A stretch of DNA of 63,546 bases, counting the filler, from Parasitella parasitica NRRL 2501 (lineage: Eukaryota > Fungi > Mucoromycota): NCBI GenBank assembly GCA_025201805.1. It is 11 parts of 11 records of this genome, joined end to end, with 100 filler letters (N's around TTAATTAATTAA, not from the genome) between each part and the next. Parts side by side here need not be neighbours in the genome. Positions count along the whole stretch, not along the records: positions 1 to 27,335 come from MU619281.1; positions 27,436 to 40,681 come from MU619255.1; 9 more parts are not named here. The stretch is one strand, 5' to 3'. The position numbers were made by a program, and so were the translations under genes. Below are positions 26,763-38,145 of this stretch, piece after piece; position 1 is the stretch's first letter, and every line of letters begins with the position of its first letter. Below the pieces are notes generated by a model. It was given only the letters and a program-made list of their open reading frames with translations. It was not told the DNA's origin and made no database searches.

Positions 26763-27335
26763 AGTCTTTCCACCTTTAATTTCGATTAAAAGAAAACTGA
26801 AGAAAAGATACATGATCTTTAAGAGAGCTTGTATTTATACTACTTGTAAAATTGCCTCGCTACAGTGAGAATGCTTATTTTACAGCTTATTTGAAGAATG
26901 ACTTTTGTTGACATTCTCTCACTTGTATTGTAGTTGAGATTTCGATATGTTGGTATTGAAATTGATACTATGGTTTTGGGCAGGATTGTCATATTTGAGG
27001 ATCCTGATTATTTCTAATGCGACTGAGCTTTCCTTATTGTGGAATAAACAAGCCATTTCTGGCATCTAAAATTATTGCAATTGTTTTAACAATTGCATTG
27101 TTTATACATGTTTAGAATTTGTTTATTTGTAATTATGAGTAGCGTTGTTCAACATTAGCATGTGCCAGGGTTGTAAGAGATTGTACTTTGATCAGGAGTG
27201 CAAGCCTCTACCAACACTTGTTAATGTTTACTTGTGCTTTTCATGTATTTCTTTCTTGGATTGATCAGCCATGATCCATCTGGGTTTTATTTTAATGTAA
27301 TTGTGGTGCTATATAATAGGTGCCATTTCATTACA

Positions 27336-27435
27336 NNNNNNNNNNNNNNNNNNNNNNNNNNNNNNNNNNNNNNNNNNNNTTAATTAATTAANNNNNNNNN
27401 NNNNNNNNNNNNNNNNNNNNNNNNNNNNNNNNNNN
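27336..27435. other. Artificial contig linker N44-TTAATTAATTAA-N44 (also starting at 40682, 45181, 47145, 49148, 50638, 52560, 54788, 58891, 61995)
   Basis: The same 100-bp cassette, with stops in all six frames, occurs ten times. Confidence 0.97.
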
Positions 27436-27797
27436 ATAATCAAGCTTTATTTATAATAACTATGAGCAGAGTAATACAACCCAAAGATAGTGTTATATTT
27501 GGGACAGCTTTATTACAGATAAATCATGTTAATTTATTGAAAGCGATAAAATCTTAGCGTTGGTGTTTGTGTAAACGCTGCCAGCCATTTTTTCAAATTA
27601 TGGAAGCAATTTCTTTGGGAGATTTTTCAAAAAAAAATCAAAATTCAGGGTGTTTGTAAAGAAAAGTCAAAATATTCTTTGCTTTGCGATAAAAACTGAT
27701 TTTCACCAGCTTAATTTTAACAGTGGCGATCACTCAAGCTGTAAAGCTAAATTTTATCTCTACTATTTAAAATTTATCCCAAAATTTCGCCATGGTG
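27436..27797 (-). mobile_element. Terminus of a CACCATGGC-ended (CMC/EnSpm-like) DNA transposon
   Basis: Ends ...GCCATGGTG at 27797, the same terminal 9-mer as at 41468 and 49517, with an abrupt switch to LINE sequence. Confidence 0.55.
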
Positions 27798-29694
27798 CAC
27801 TGGTGAGACATCTCAAGATGCAGTCGAGCGTGGTAAGGCTCGTGAAACTACAGTCGCACTGCTTGACGTTGTTCAGCATGCCAAGACTGGCCGTGATGAG
27901 GTGGAGAGTGTAGATGTTAGCAAGACCGGTGAACTGGTGGTATTGGAGGAAGCCGAGTCTTCCTCTTCAGATATCAATGCTGTCAAGACTGTTTTAGATG
28001 AGGAAATGCTTTCAGTTAGTGAGGATGAAAGCAATGATAATATTTTGCTGCCTGGCCGCCGTGTTGGCACTGAAGTGGCCTATCAGGAGGGTAGTGCTGC
28101 NNNNNNNNNNNNNNNNNNNNNNNNNNNNNNNNNNNNNNNNNNNNNNNNNNNNNNNNNNNNNNNNNNNNNNNNNNNNNNNNNNNNNNNNNNNNNNNNNNNN
28201 NNNNNNNNNNNNNNNNNNNNNNNNNNNNNNNNNNNNNNNNNNNNNNNNNNNNNNNNNNNNNNNNNNNNNNNNNNNNNNNNNNNNNNNNNNNNNNNNNNNN
28301 NNNNNNNNNNNNNNNNNNNNNNNNNNNNNNNNNNNNNNNNNNNNNNNNNNNNNNNNNNNNNNNNNNNNNNNNNNNNNNNNNNNNNNNNNNNNNNNNNNNN
28401 NNNNNNNNNNNNNNNNNNNNNNNNNNNNNNNNNNNNNNNNNNNNNNNNNNNNNNNNNNNNNNNNNNNNNNNNNNNNNNNNNNNNNNNNNNNNNNNNNNNN
28501 NNNNNNNNNNNNNNNNNNNNNNNNNNNNNNNNNNNNNNNNNNNNNNNNNNNNNNNNNNNNNNNNNNNNNNNNNNNNNNNNNNNNNNNNNNNNNNNNNNNN
28601 NNNNNNNNNNNNNNNNNNNNNNNNNNNNNNNNNNNNNNNNNNNNNNNNNNNNNNNNNNNNNNNNNNNNNNNNNNNNNNNNNNNNNNNNNNNNNNNNNNNN
28701 NNNNNNNNNNNNNNNNNNNNNNNNNNNNNNNNNNNNNNNNNNNNNNNNNNNNNNNNNNNNNNNNNNNNNNNNNNNNNNNNNNNNNNNNNNNNNNNNNNNN
28801 NNNNNNNNNNNNNNNNNNNNNNNNNNNNNNNNNNNNNNTTGCTCGCTCACTCTCCCAAGTCTAAAAGTCCTGGTCTTGATGGTCTACCTTTTGAATTATA
28901 TCAATATCTTGCTGGTGTCTCTTCTGCTTTTCTTGACTTGCTTGTGGATGTGTTGGGCGGTGCCTTTGATGGTGTGTTTCCACCGTCGTGGCAGCAAACA
29001 AGAATGGTACTCTTGTTCAAGAAGGGTGACCCGCAGTTGCTGATCAACTGGAGACCTCTGTCCTTAATTAACAGTGATGCCAAGTTATTTACAAAGCTCA
29101 TTGCTAATCGTATGAACAAGGTCTTGCCAAAGTTGATCAATCCTTATCAAACTGGNNNNNNNNNNNNNNNNNNNNNNNNNNNNNNNNNNNNNNNNNNNNN
29201 NNNNNNNNNNNNNNNNNNNNNNNNNNNNNNNNNNNNNNNNNNNNNNNNNNNNNNNNNNNNNNNNNNNNNNNNNNNNNNNNNNNNNNNNNNNNNNNNNNNN
29301 NNNNNNNNNNNNNNNNNNNNNNNNNNNNNNNNNNNNNNNNNNNNNNNNNNNNNNNNNNNNNNNNNNNNNNNNNNNNNNNNNNNNNNNNNNNNNNNNNNNN
29401 NNNNNNNNNNNNNNNNNNNNNNNNNNNNNNNNNNNNNNNNNNNNNNNNNNNNNNNNNNNNNNNNNNNNNNNNNNNNNNNNNNNNNNNNNNNNNNNNNNNN
29501 GCCTGTCAGTATCCCACAAAAATGGAAGCCTTCACCGGTGGAAGTTCGTGGGGATCTTGGTGATGGTTCCTGCAATCGACAATTGGACTATGTTAGTCGT
29601 ACTGGTGCTCCGTCTCCTGTCAAGATCCTCAGTTATGCTGATGATCTGGAAGTGTTGTTGTCGTCCCCAGATGAGTGGCCAGTCTTGTTGTCTC
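27798..29694 (+). mobile_element. L1/Tx1-like non-LTR retrotransposon fragment (probable ORF1 tail plus RT), gapped
   Basis: KSPGLDGLPFELY, LLFKKGDPQLLINWRPLSLINSDAKLFTK, ILSYADD; cut by a CACTA at 29695. Confidence 0.88.
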
Positions 29695-31571
29695 CACTAT
29701 GGCCTCGCCAATGTTCTCATGAGAATATATATGTGCATGAACGGGAACAGTTTTTAGAGCCAAAAAAAGTGCTTATCGAGCTAGGTTAAGGCGATAAATG
29801 TGCTCATGCGAGAGCAAAAATTGAAACATCTTAAATGATCACATTTTTATGCTTAAATAAGCACATAAATTACTAGTTTCATAGGCTTAAAATTACGCTC
29901 AAAAGGCTTGAAAAAATGTGCTCATGAAGCGAAAATGTGCCCGTACACTCAAAATAATTACCCAAAAAAGTAAAATTTGCGTATAAAAATGTAGCTGTAG
30001 GTTTTGTTTATTATTTCTCAATTTTTGTAGTATGGACCAGTAATTTATTATTGCTTTCATTTCATATCGTCACATACAGTATTGTCTTAATTATGTAGCC
30101 TTTGGTTGACACAGGCAATGATGGAAAAAAGTGCAAGGTTAGCTATTACCCGATTTCAAACTGAAGCAGCTGCTGAGGTATTTGCTATATACAAGAAAAG
30201 TACATCAGTAAAATAAATTTGGTTGACGACAATAACAAACAACCACCTGCATTAATTGTGAATAGAGATGATACACAATATTATATCTAATACTTGAAAA
30301 AAGAAGCAAGGAGGCAGCATCTTGAAAAAAAGTAGCAAAGTTTAGCTTCAAAACTTGTAGAATCCGGGGCAAAAATGAACAGCAAACCTCTCATATTATC
30401 GTATATGTTCAGATACTGGGCACAAAATTATACCTGTAGCGTGCCTAAATATATAATAGAAGAGATCTAGTTTTAGTGTATACTAATTAAGCAAAAGAAG
30501 CAAGCCAAAAAGTATTCAATACTACCTTGACATTGACACCCAAACGACGTAATATAAAAAAGTGATTTATACATAGTATTATCTTTAGCTATTGCCTATA
30601 TATAGCAGTAAAAGAAGTCAGTCATTTAGTAGCTACAAACAATTTAATGCACATAGCAATACCATGATCTCATATGAAAGATTGAACTGAGTAGAGCCTC
30701 TATTGTGTTATTGGCAAAAGGATTAATAGTTTGTTAGAATAAACTCAAATACATACCATGATGATACCAATACACAAAATATGTTGCGTATCATTTCTTT
30801 ATTACAAGCTATACTGCAAGCTGTTCCTTGATAAAAAAGAAGCTACAATTTCTTATAATAAAACTACAGATACGTGAAGATGTTAGTACTCTGTATAGTT
30901 TACTTATATTTGGCACAAAATGTGCTAATATTGTATGTTTTTTAAGTTAAAATACCAGTTTATAAAGTTGTAAAGTTAGTGAAAACAAAAGAAAAAGACC
31001 AAGGAGTAGCTAACAAAGAAGCTAAAATATGCATTCGGTCATCACAATATGCAATGTTTGCGCTAAGCATGCAGTAAAAAGCCAATAGAAAAGCACAGCT
31101 ACAAGGTCGTCTCAACATTTGAAAGCAAGGCATGTGCAAACAAAAATATACTTTATTCAAGTGTATTGCTACTGGTGCTAGCATTATTATTACCAGCGGC
31201 TTTTTTTTTCATCATCTTCAACAACACTTTGGTTAACAGTAGGTACTTCTTCGTCACTTTTTGCTCTCGAATGAACATTAGTATGTTCGTGCGAGCATGA
31301 ATCAACTTTTTTTACTCAAAAAAGATGCGATCTTTGCAATATCTCAACGAATATTTGGTAGCAAATGTTACTACAAGCACAAAAAAAATCGAAATGTCTC
31401 AGGAATTATATTATATAATTAAAAAATGAGCCATCTCAACTTTTTTTATAAATGTACGTTTGGGCCAAAATTATTTATGGTCTCGCAAGCACATTAATGC
31501 TCCCATGACCCTAAAAATGTTCCCATTTGAGCACATTTATGTTCACCGAGAACATCCAGGACGCCATAGTG
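29695..31571 (+). mobile_element. Non-autonomous CACTA (EnSpm/CMC) deletion derivative, ~1.9 kb
   Basis: Termini CACTATGGC...GCCATAGTG with shared subterminal ATGTTCTC and repeated ATGTGCTC; homologous to the inverted copy at ~43150-44538. Confidence 0.88.
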
Positions 31572-31720
31572 AGATCCTCCCTCTACAAAGTTACACTCTA
31601 TTTATTCACTTGAAATTTTTCCTATGTCTGCAGGACACCCTAAAGATTTAGGCTCTACGTGGGCTTCTTTGGTTTCACGAGATGTACAAGCTAGGATACT
31701 TCAACCCAGCCGCAAGCGTA
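31572..31720 (+). mobile_element. 5' fragment of L1-like ORF1 (ATG 31624, MSAGHPKDLGSTWASLVSRDVQARILQPSRKR)
   Basis: Homologous to the ORF1 start at 62441 (MAENSPQDLGTTWATLASRNVPTKILQPSRQR). Confidence 0.75.
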
Positions 31721-32960
31721 CACTATGGCATCCTGGATGTTCTCGGTGATGAACATAAATGTGCTTGTAAGACCATAAATGATTTTGGCACAAATGTATA
31801 TTTATAAAAAAAAGTCAACATATCTTATTTTTAATTAAACAATGTCTTGTGTGAGATATAGTTTGGGCTATTTTTTGTGTTTGTAGTAACATTCAATACC
31901 AAGTATTCGTTGAGATATCGCAATCCAAAGATTGCATCTGTTGTGAGTAAAAGTTATTTTTGTTTGCACGATCATGCAAATATTCATGCGAGAGCAAAAA
32001 ATTTTTCTTTGCATTTCGTAATTCAATCTATTGCCAGAAATGGCAAAAAAATGTGTATATATAACTAGCCAAAAAAATGAGATTAGGTCGATTGCTTAAA
32101 TTAATTAGAGGAAACTTTGTAGATGTGTAATAACTGAGATAGTGGCATCAACGTACGCTGCAGTCTTCTAGAACCAATCATTACACAAGAGGCACTCTTC
32201 TGAAATCTTATTGTCATGTTTTTGAGAAGTTACTTTTATATATCAATAACTTTTTTATTATTATTGAATGGACATGATAATGTAACGTGCATAGCCTAAA
32301 AAAAAATTAAACTGCTGTTGAATGAATGGCATCGATCGAGCATAAAAGCTAAAAAATAACCTGCCCCGTTTGTTTTTCTTTTACCTTTCTTTCATTTTTG
32401 ATTTCACATATTTATCTGCAAAAAACCCTCGGTATATATGAGTACAACAAAGCGTCTTTATTTAGTATAAATTAAGTTTATACGAGCAAGGTTATCAATA
32501 ATAAACGTGAGAAAAAGAAGACAGCAAAAGAGGACGCAACACAATAGCCGACGAAAGGCATACAAGAAAAGGGCAACATAGAATTGAAGGTACATCATAA
32601 AGGGAGTGCACATTTTATAAGTGGCTAATACTGCCAGCATTTCCTGACATGTCCTGACCAAAAGCATGATAGTTACCAATTACACTGAAGTCGTGCTCAT
32701 TTGACAATGATTGCACCAGACCAACTTGCAAAGTAATATCATCAACCGCAATGACAGCATATTTGGGATCGATAATTGGATCTACTCCAGCTGCAAGTTG
32801 TTGACTGATCGGTTTGTTCATGCGAACAAAAGGGATAGAATGGTCGTGGGTTGCTGTGCGGTGCTGTTTCATTACTTCAACAAATGCCAAAAAATACGTG
32901 TTGTTGTTTTATTCGTGTTCAAAAAAGAAAAGAATACTTCCAACATGCAATGGAATGGTA
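31721..32960 (-). mobile_element. CACTA right end plus probable transposase C-terminal remnant (stop 32615)
   Basis: CACTATGGCATCCTGGATGTTCTCGG is the inverse of the 31571 end; minus-strand ORF remnant FFEHE*...LAFVEVMK...YAVIAVDDITLQVGLVQ. Confidence 0.7.
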
Positions 32961-33462
32961 TAACTAAAAGCGCGTAACTGAAAAAATAAGACTCAAATGT
33001 CACGCATAGTCATATTCATGCCATTCGAGTTCACATAACATATAAAGTCATACAAGAACACAGCAAAATAAACACAATCCAGCGAGGAATAGAGTGTATA
33101 AATGCTTTGTTTGGTTTTGTAATTCCCATTCAAAGTTCGAATTTTTGAGAAGTCGGCGTTAAATCAAGTATATCTCATTTTCAAAAACTAATTAAAAATA
33201 TATAGAAGTTTTAGAAAACTATAAAAAAAATATGCGCGTATGCAACAAAGCGTGAAATAAATGGTCGTGTATTTTGATTTGAAATAAGAGCTCTTTCAAC
33301 AGAGTAAATCATGTTGAAAGTCGGGCGAAATAGCTTGAATCAACCAAATTAGGAGATTCGAAATCCAAAAAAGGCGATTTTTTAAGCTGTACACTCCGTT
33401 CTAATTAATAATATGTTAAATCAAATCGAGTTACAAATACAATTTAAGACCTTATCAGTGAA

Positions 33463-33906
33463 TGTCGTGTGAAGGAAAACACTCCTGATCAAAGTGCTTT
33501 CCCTTACACAATAAACATTCAGAATAAGAATAATAATGACAAAGATATCAATTATGGCAGCTCGTCATTCAATGAGTTTTTCCCATCATTTTAGATAAGA
33601 ATATCTTTAACACAATAACTATAGTATGACGATAGCCATCCTAACACGGCCCACTAATGTTACGCAAATCTCCATCAATCGTGAAAGCATTCAGCATAAT
33701 TTGCTTCTCCTGAAAATCTAAAATTAAACAACGACAAATTAACGCATTGATTCTCGGATCAATGCTTCATCCATGAGAACTGATATACAACAATTCAAAT
33801 CCTATAAATACTAAGATGTTCTTCTCTGGATAAAACCTCATTCTACTTTTATAATAAAGAACCCCAAACTTGATTATATAATTGTAATTTCATAGCGTTT
33901 TTAACA
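33463..33906 (+). mobile_element. Probable LTR (family D)
   Basis: TG...CA ends, TATAAATA and AATAAA inside, 16-mer shared (inverted) with 27185-27200. Confidence 0.4.
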
Positions 33907-33907
33907 T

Positions 33908-34067
33908 TGTTTAGGATGTAAAGGCTGAGCGAGGTGGGTTGTTGAGTTGATGTTGTGCCTGAGATCCAACTTGGGTATTCTCACAATTATGCAAAAGTAT
34001 TATACCATGGTTACACTCATTAGAAATCCTTTATACCACAAGGCGATTATACTCTTTCTCAAGACCA
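33908..34067 (+). mobile_element. LTR family B, 5' part (runs into a gap)
   Basis: Near-perfect reverse complement of ~38395-38553. Confidence 0.88.
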
Positions 34068-34541
34068 NNNNNNNNNNNNNNNNNNNNNNNNNNNNNNNNN
34101 NNNNNNNNNNNNNNNNNNNNNNNNNNNNNNNNNNNNNNNNNNNNNNNNNNNNNNNNNNNNNNNNNNNNNNNNNNNNNNNNNNNNNNNNNNNNNNNNNNNN
34201 NNNNNNNNNNNNNNNNNNNNNNNNNNNNNNNNNNNNNNNNNNNNNNNNNNNNNNNNNNNNNNNNNNNNNNNNNNNNNNNNNNNNNNNNNNNNNNNNNNNN
34301 NNNNNNNNNNNNNNNNNNNNNNNNNNNNNNNNNNNNNNNNNNNNNNNNNNNNNNNNNNNNNNNNNNNNNNNNNNNNNNNNNNNNNNNNNNNNNNNNNNNN
34401 NNNNNNNNNNNNNNNNNNNNNNNNNNNNNNNNNNNNNNNNNNNNNNNNNNNNNNNNNNNNNNNNNNNNNNNNNNNNNNNNNNNNNNNNNNNNNNNNNNNN
34501 NNNNNNNNNNNNNNNNNNNNNNNNNNNNNNNNNNNNNNNNN

Positions 34542-37500
34542 NTGGCGAATCTTTATCCCAGTACAAAGTGGTGATATCCTATGACATTTGGTTCCTGAGG
34601 TCGGTGTTTAATCCTGATGAATGTTCTTCCATCAAAGCTACCAGGAACAGCATTCTATCCTTTATACGTATCTATGCTCTTGTCTTACTGGTAACTCGAA
34701 AACTCTTATCCACCAAGCTCCTAGGGATTGGTTCAAGGTGTACCCAATTATCCCTCATCCTAGATCATGGTCCTATTGCTGCGGCACTGTCAAATAACTA
34801 TAAATACCTTCAAAACATACACTAGTTAAATCTGCATTCAATCTTGGAATAGCAAAATAAATATATTCAGTTCTAATTGTATTTTTCTGGCTATATTTTG
34901 TTATTCTAAACATTTTTTACAATTGATTACTGTACCTTTATATATTCATTTTTCTATCGTAACACCGCATTCAAGTCAAAATGTCTACTGTTTCTTCTTC
35001 TGGTTCTGTTGCTGGTTCTATCCATAATTCAATTCAAGGTTCTGGTGTTGTAGCTGGTCTTCCTGTTGCTGGTCTTCCTCTGTCTGGAGAGGATTTTGAT
35101 CTTCATCTTCCGGGAGATGCATTTGTTGATGATGGTTTTCCTCAAGACGGCAATGCTCTGGATGAAGACGAACTAATGGCTGAACTGGGAAGGGATGCTT
35201 CGGTCGTGTCTGCCTGTGAGCCGATTGAAAGCTTGGAGGCAAACCATGGGTCTACTAGGGTTTCGGCGGAGAAATCCTCATGCGAAGGATTGGAAGCAAG
35301 TGAGGAAGCTTCTCTTGAGCGGGCATTAACGGCATTACGTGAAGAAAATGCTAGGTTATTGAAGATAGTAGCGACTGCACCCACAGCCAAAGAGCGTCAT
35401 GAGGCCTTGCGTGTGATTGTGAGCAACGAGGAGGCAATTGTGGAATTGCGAAGCTACCAGGATGTGGTGAAGCCAAAATCGAGTCAAAGTGGTCGTGGTG
35501 CGGTGCGTGGTGAGAACTTGGCTCTGAATCGTCGTGATTTACCCAAGTTCCAGTTGGCTTCTTCTGCGGTTAAGGCCTTTCCCAACGAGGAGGTCTTTGA
35601 AAGTGTGGACCATTACTTGAGGACATTTGAGAGTATCTTCAACTCGTCATCTTTGGACTTGGAGACGCAGTGGGCAAAATTGTTGCCACTTTGTATGCCC
35701 AATAGTGATCGTGCGTGGGTCGACAAGACTTTGCTGAAGTGCAGTTCGTGGTGGGAGGCAAAGCAAGTTTTTGCGCGTCGCTTTGGATCAGCGGTGGTCA
35801 CTCGCCGAAACACTGATCTGGTGTTTACGATGACCATGAGTGCTGCGGAATCCATTATGGATTACTCGTGCAGATTCCAGCAAGCTGTATACAACGCGGG
35901 GCTGCAGCTGGATGATCCTAGAGTGGCAGATAGGTTCATGGCATCCTTGATCCTCCCAGTCCAAACTGCGGTGCGTATTACCCTGGTGCGGGAACAGGGT
36001 ACTGAGGCGTGGACGGTAGATCGCATTACGCAAGTAGCAAGAGATGTGTTGGGAGATGACAACCGGTTCTATGCGCATGCGACTTCGTTGTTACCCGGTG
36101 GTGTGCAGGAGAGTAGTGCGTATGAGAGTCGTCCAGAGCGCCGTGGTCAGAACGGGTCGTTCAGAGGGATGTCGTCAAGTGGCAGACGCAACCAAGGTGC
36201 TATCAAGCGTTCAGATAGCGGTGGCGTAGGCAAACGATATCATTGCGATCAGCATGGAGCAAATGACTCTCATAACTCCAAAGACTGTCAGTTCCTGAAG
36301 TTCAAGCGGGCTCGAGCAGAAGGCAAGTGTGTCAAGTGTGGAAAGCCTTACGAAAGAGGTCATGCTGAAGTTTGCGGGCAACGCCGTCCTCCGGGTGTAG
36401 GCCCCTCGCCGACGGCATTGAACCAAGAGGTTTTTGCCACAAGTGTCGCACCGGCAACAACCAATGTGTCGTCCGAATCCGGCAAAGTGGAAGATGCGGA
36501 AAGCATGGTGGTCGATCAAGACCATTTGCTGAGTGAATTGGCATATCAATGTAAGTTGCCTAGTGTGAATGTGGAAAAGACTGAAACTAATTTCTTTGCG
36601 TTGTTGACCCCGTTGTTGATATGTGTAGAATCCAAGTGTAGCAAAGTCATTGGCAAAGTGGATACCGGGTCGCAAATTAGTTGTATCAGTTTGAGCTTTT
36701 TAATAAATGTGCTTAAAATTAAAAAAGTAAGGAAAGTGGAAGGCTACCTTAAGTTTTTATCAAAGTCTGTGAAGCGAGTGGCAATGACATTTCGGTTGAA
36801 ATTTAAATATGCGAATGGAATTGTATTTGAGCATGCGTTAGAAGTGGTGCAGTTTGAACAAGGTCTAGACTTTGATGTCTTGTTGGGAGTAGATGTGTTG
36901 CCCAAAATGAATATTGGTTTGACCGGTGTGGCGTTTCGCATTGACAGCGAACATCAGCACTCGGATGCCACGGAGCATGACGAGAAAATGTTTGAGAATA
37001 TTAATTTGGATTTTGAAGGCAAACATCTAGAAGCAGATAACTCACCTGCGGGAACTTTGGCAGAGCGGAAAGAGTTTGAGAATTATATTCGAGAGTCTTT
37101 GAAGCGCAATGAGGCTATTCCTATAGAGTCGTGTTGTCCATTGCCAGAAGCGGTTGTGAAATTACCAACCAAAGAAGGAGCAACTGCGCATCGTCGTCCT
37201 TATCCTATAGCAGAAGCACTGAAGCCTGTGGTGGCAAAGCAAATTCAAAAGTGGTTGGATACCAAGACTATCAGACGTTCGAGAATCAATTCGTCTTTTA
37301 ATAGTCCATTGTTGGTAGTACCAAAGCGTGACAAGTTGGGTAACGTGGTCAATCATCGCGTGTGTTTGGATGTGCGTTTGCTGAACAGTATCTTGCCACC
37401 CCCTTATAACTTTCCTATACCCTTGGTGAAGGATATTTTTGATAACTTGAGTGGTATGAAGTACTTCGGCACTACTGACTTAAGGGATGCCTACCATAGA

Positions 37501-38145
37501 TTTCCAATCGAGGAGTCGAGCCAATTTAAGTGTGGCTTTAATTTTAATGGCCAAGGGTACTACTTCCTGAAAGCCTGTTTTGGATTGTGTCAGTTACCAA
37601 GCCAATATCAATTTACACTATCTACTTTGCTGTCAGGACTACAAAAAGTACGAGACGAGACAGGTCGAGTCGTAGCGACCACGCAAAATTTTTTAGACGA
37701 CATCATCATAGCAGGAGTAGACTTTGAGCATTACAAAGTAGCAGTGAAAACTGTCATTGATAGATTGACAGAGGCAAAGTTAATCTTACAACCAAGTAAG
37801 TGCCACTTTATGCAGAAGAAAGTACGTCTGTTGGGCTTCGTGGTAGACGAGAAAGGGATTAGAGTGGACAAATCCAAATGTACCAATGTGGCAAACTGGC
37901 CAATTCCAAAGTCCAAAAAACAAGTGCAGCAGTTTATGGGTTTGGTGAATTACCTGCGCTCTCATATTCCCATGATTTACAGAGTTGCAGCTCCTATCAC
38001 AGATCTAATTAAAGACAATAAGGATGCGATGAAGCATTGGAAGAGCAAGCATACTGCGTGTTTTGAAGCAATCAAAAAGATTTTGCAAGCGGATTTGTTG
38101 ATCAATTATCCAGATTTCGAGAAGGAATTTATTATTGCATGCGAT
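34542..38145 (+). mobile_element. Ty3/Gypsy element C: 5' LTR end (34912), single gag-PR-RT ORF from 34981, broken at the start of RNase H
   Basis: Gag Cys/His knuckles, protease VDTGS, RT (SPLLVVPK, RVCLDVRLLN, DLRDAYH, FLDD); ORF broken at FIIACD by LTR B. Confidence 0.93.

Noticed and set aside
27380-27391. Recurrent TTAATTAATTAA palindrome as a biological repeat or CRISPR-like array
   Set aside because: Always centred in 44+44 Ns; it is an assembly linker.
27901-29789. Long ORFs containing X runs (also 33947-34825)
   Set aside because: Artefacts of translating through N gaps.
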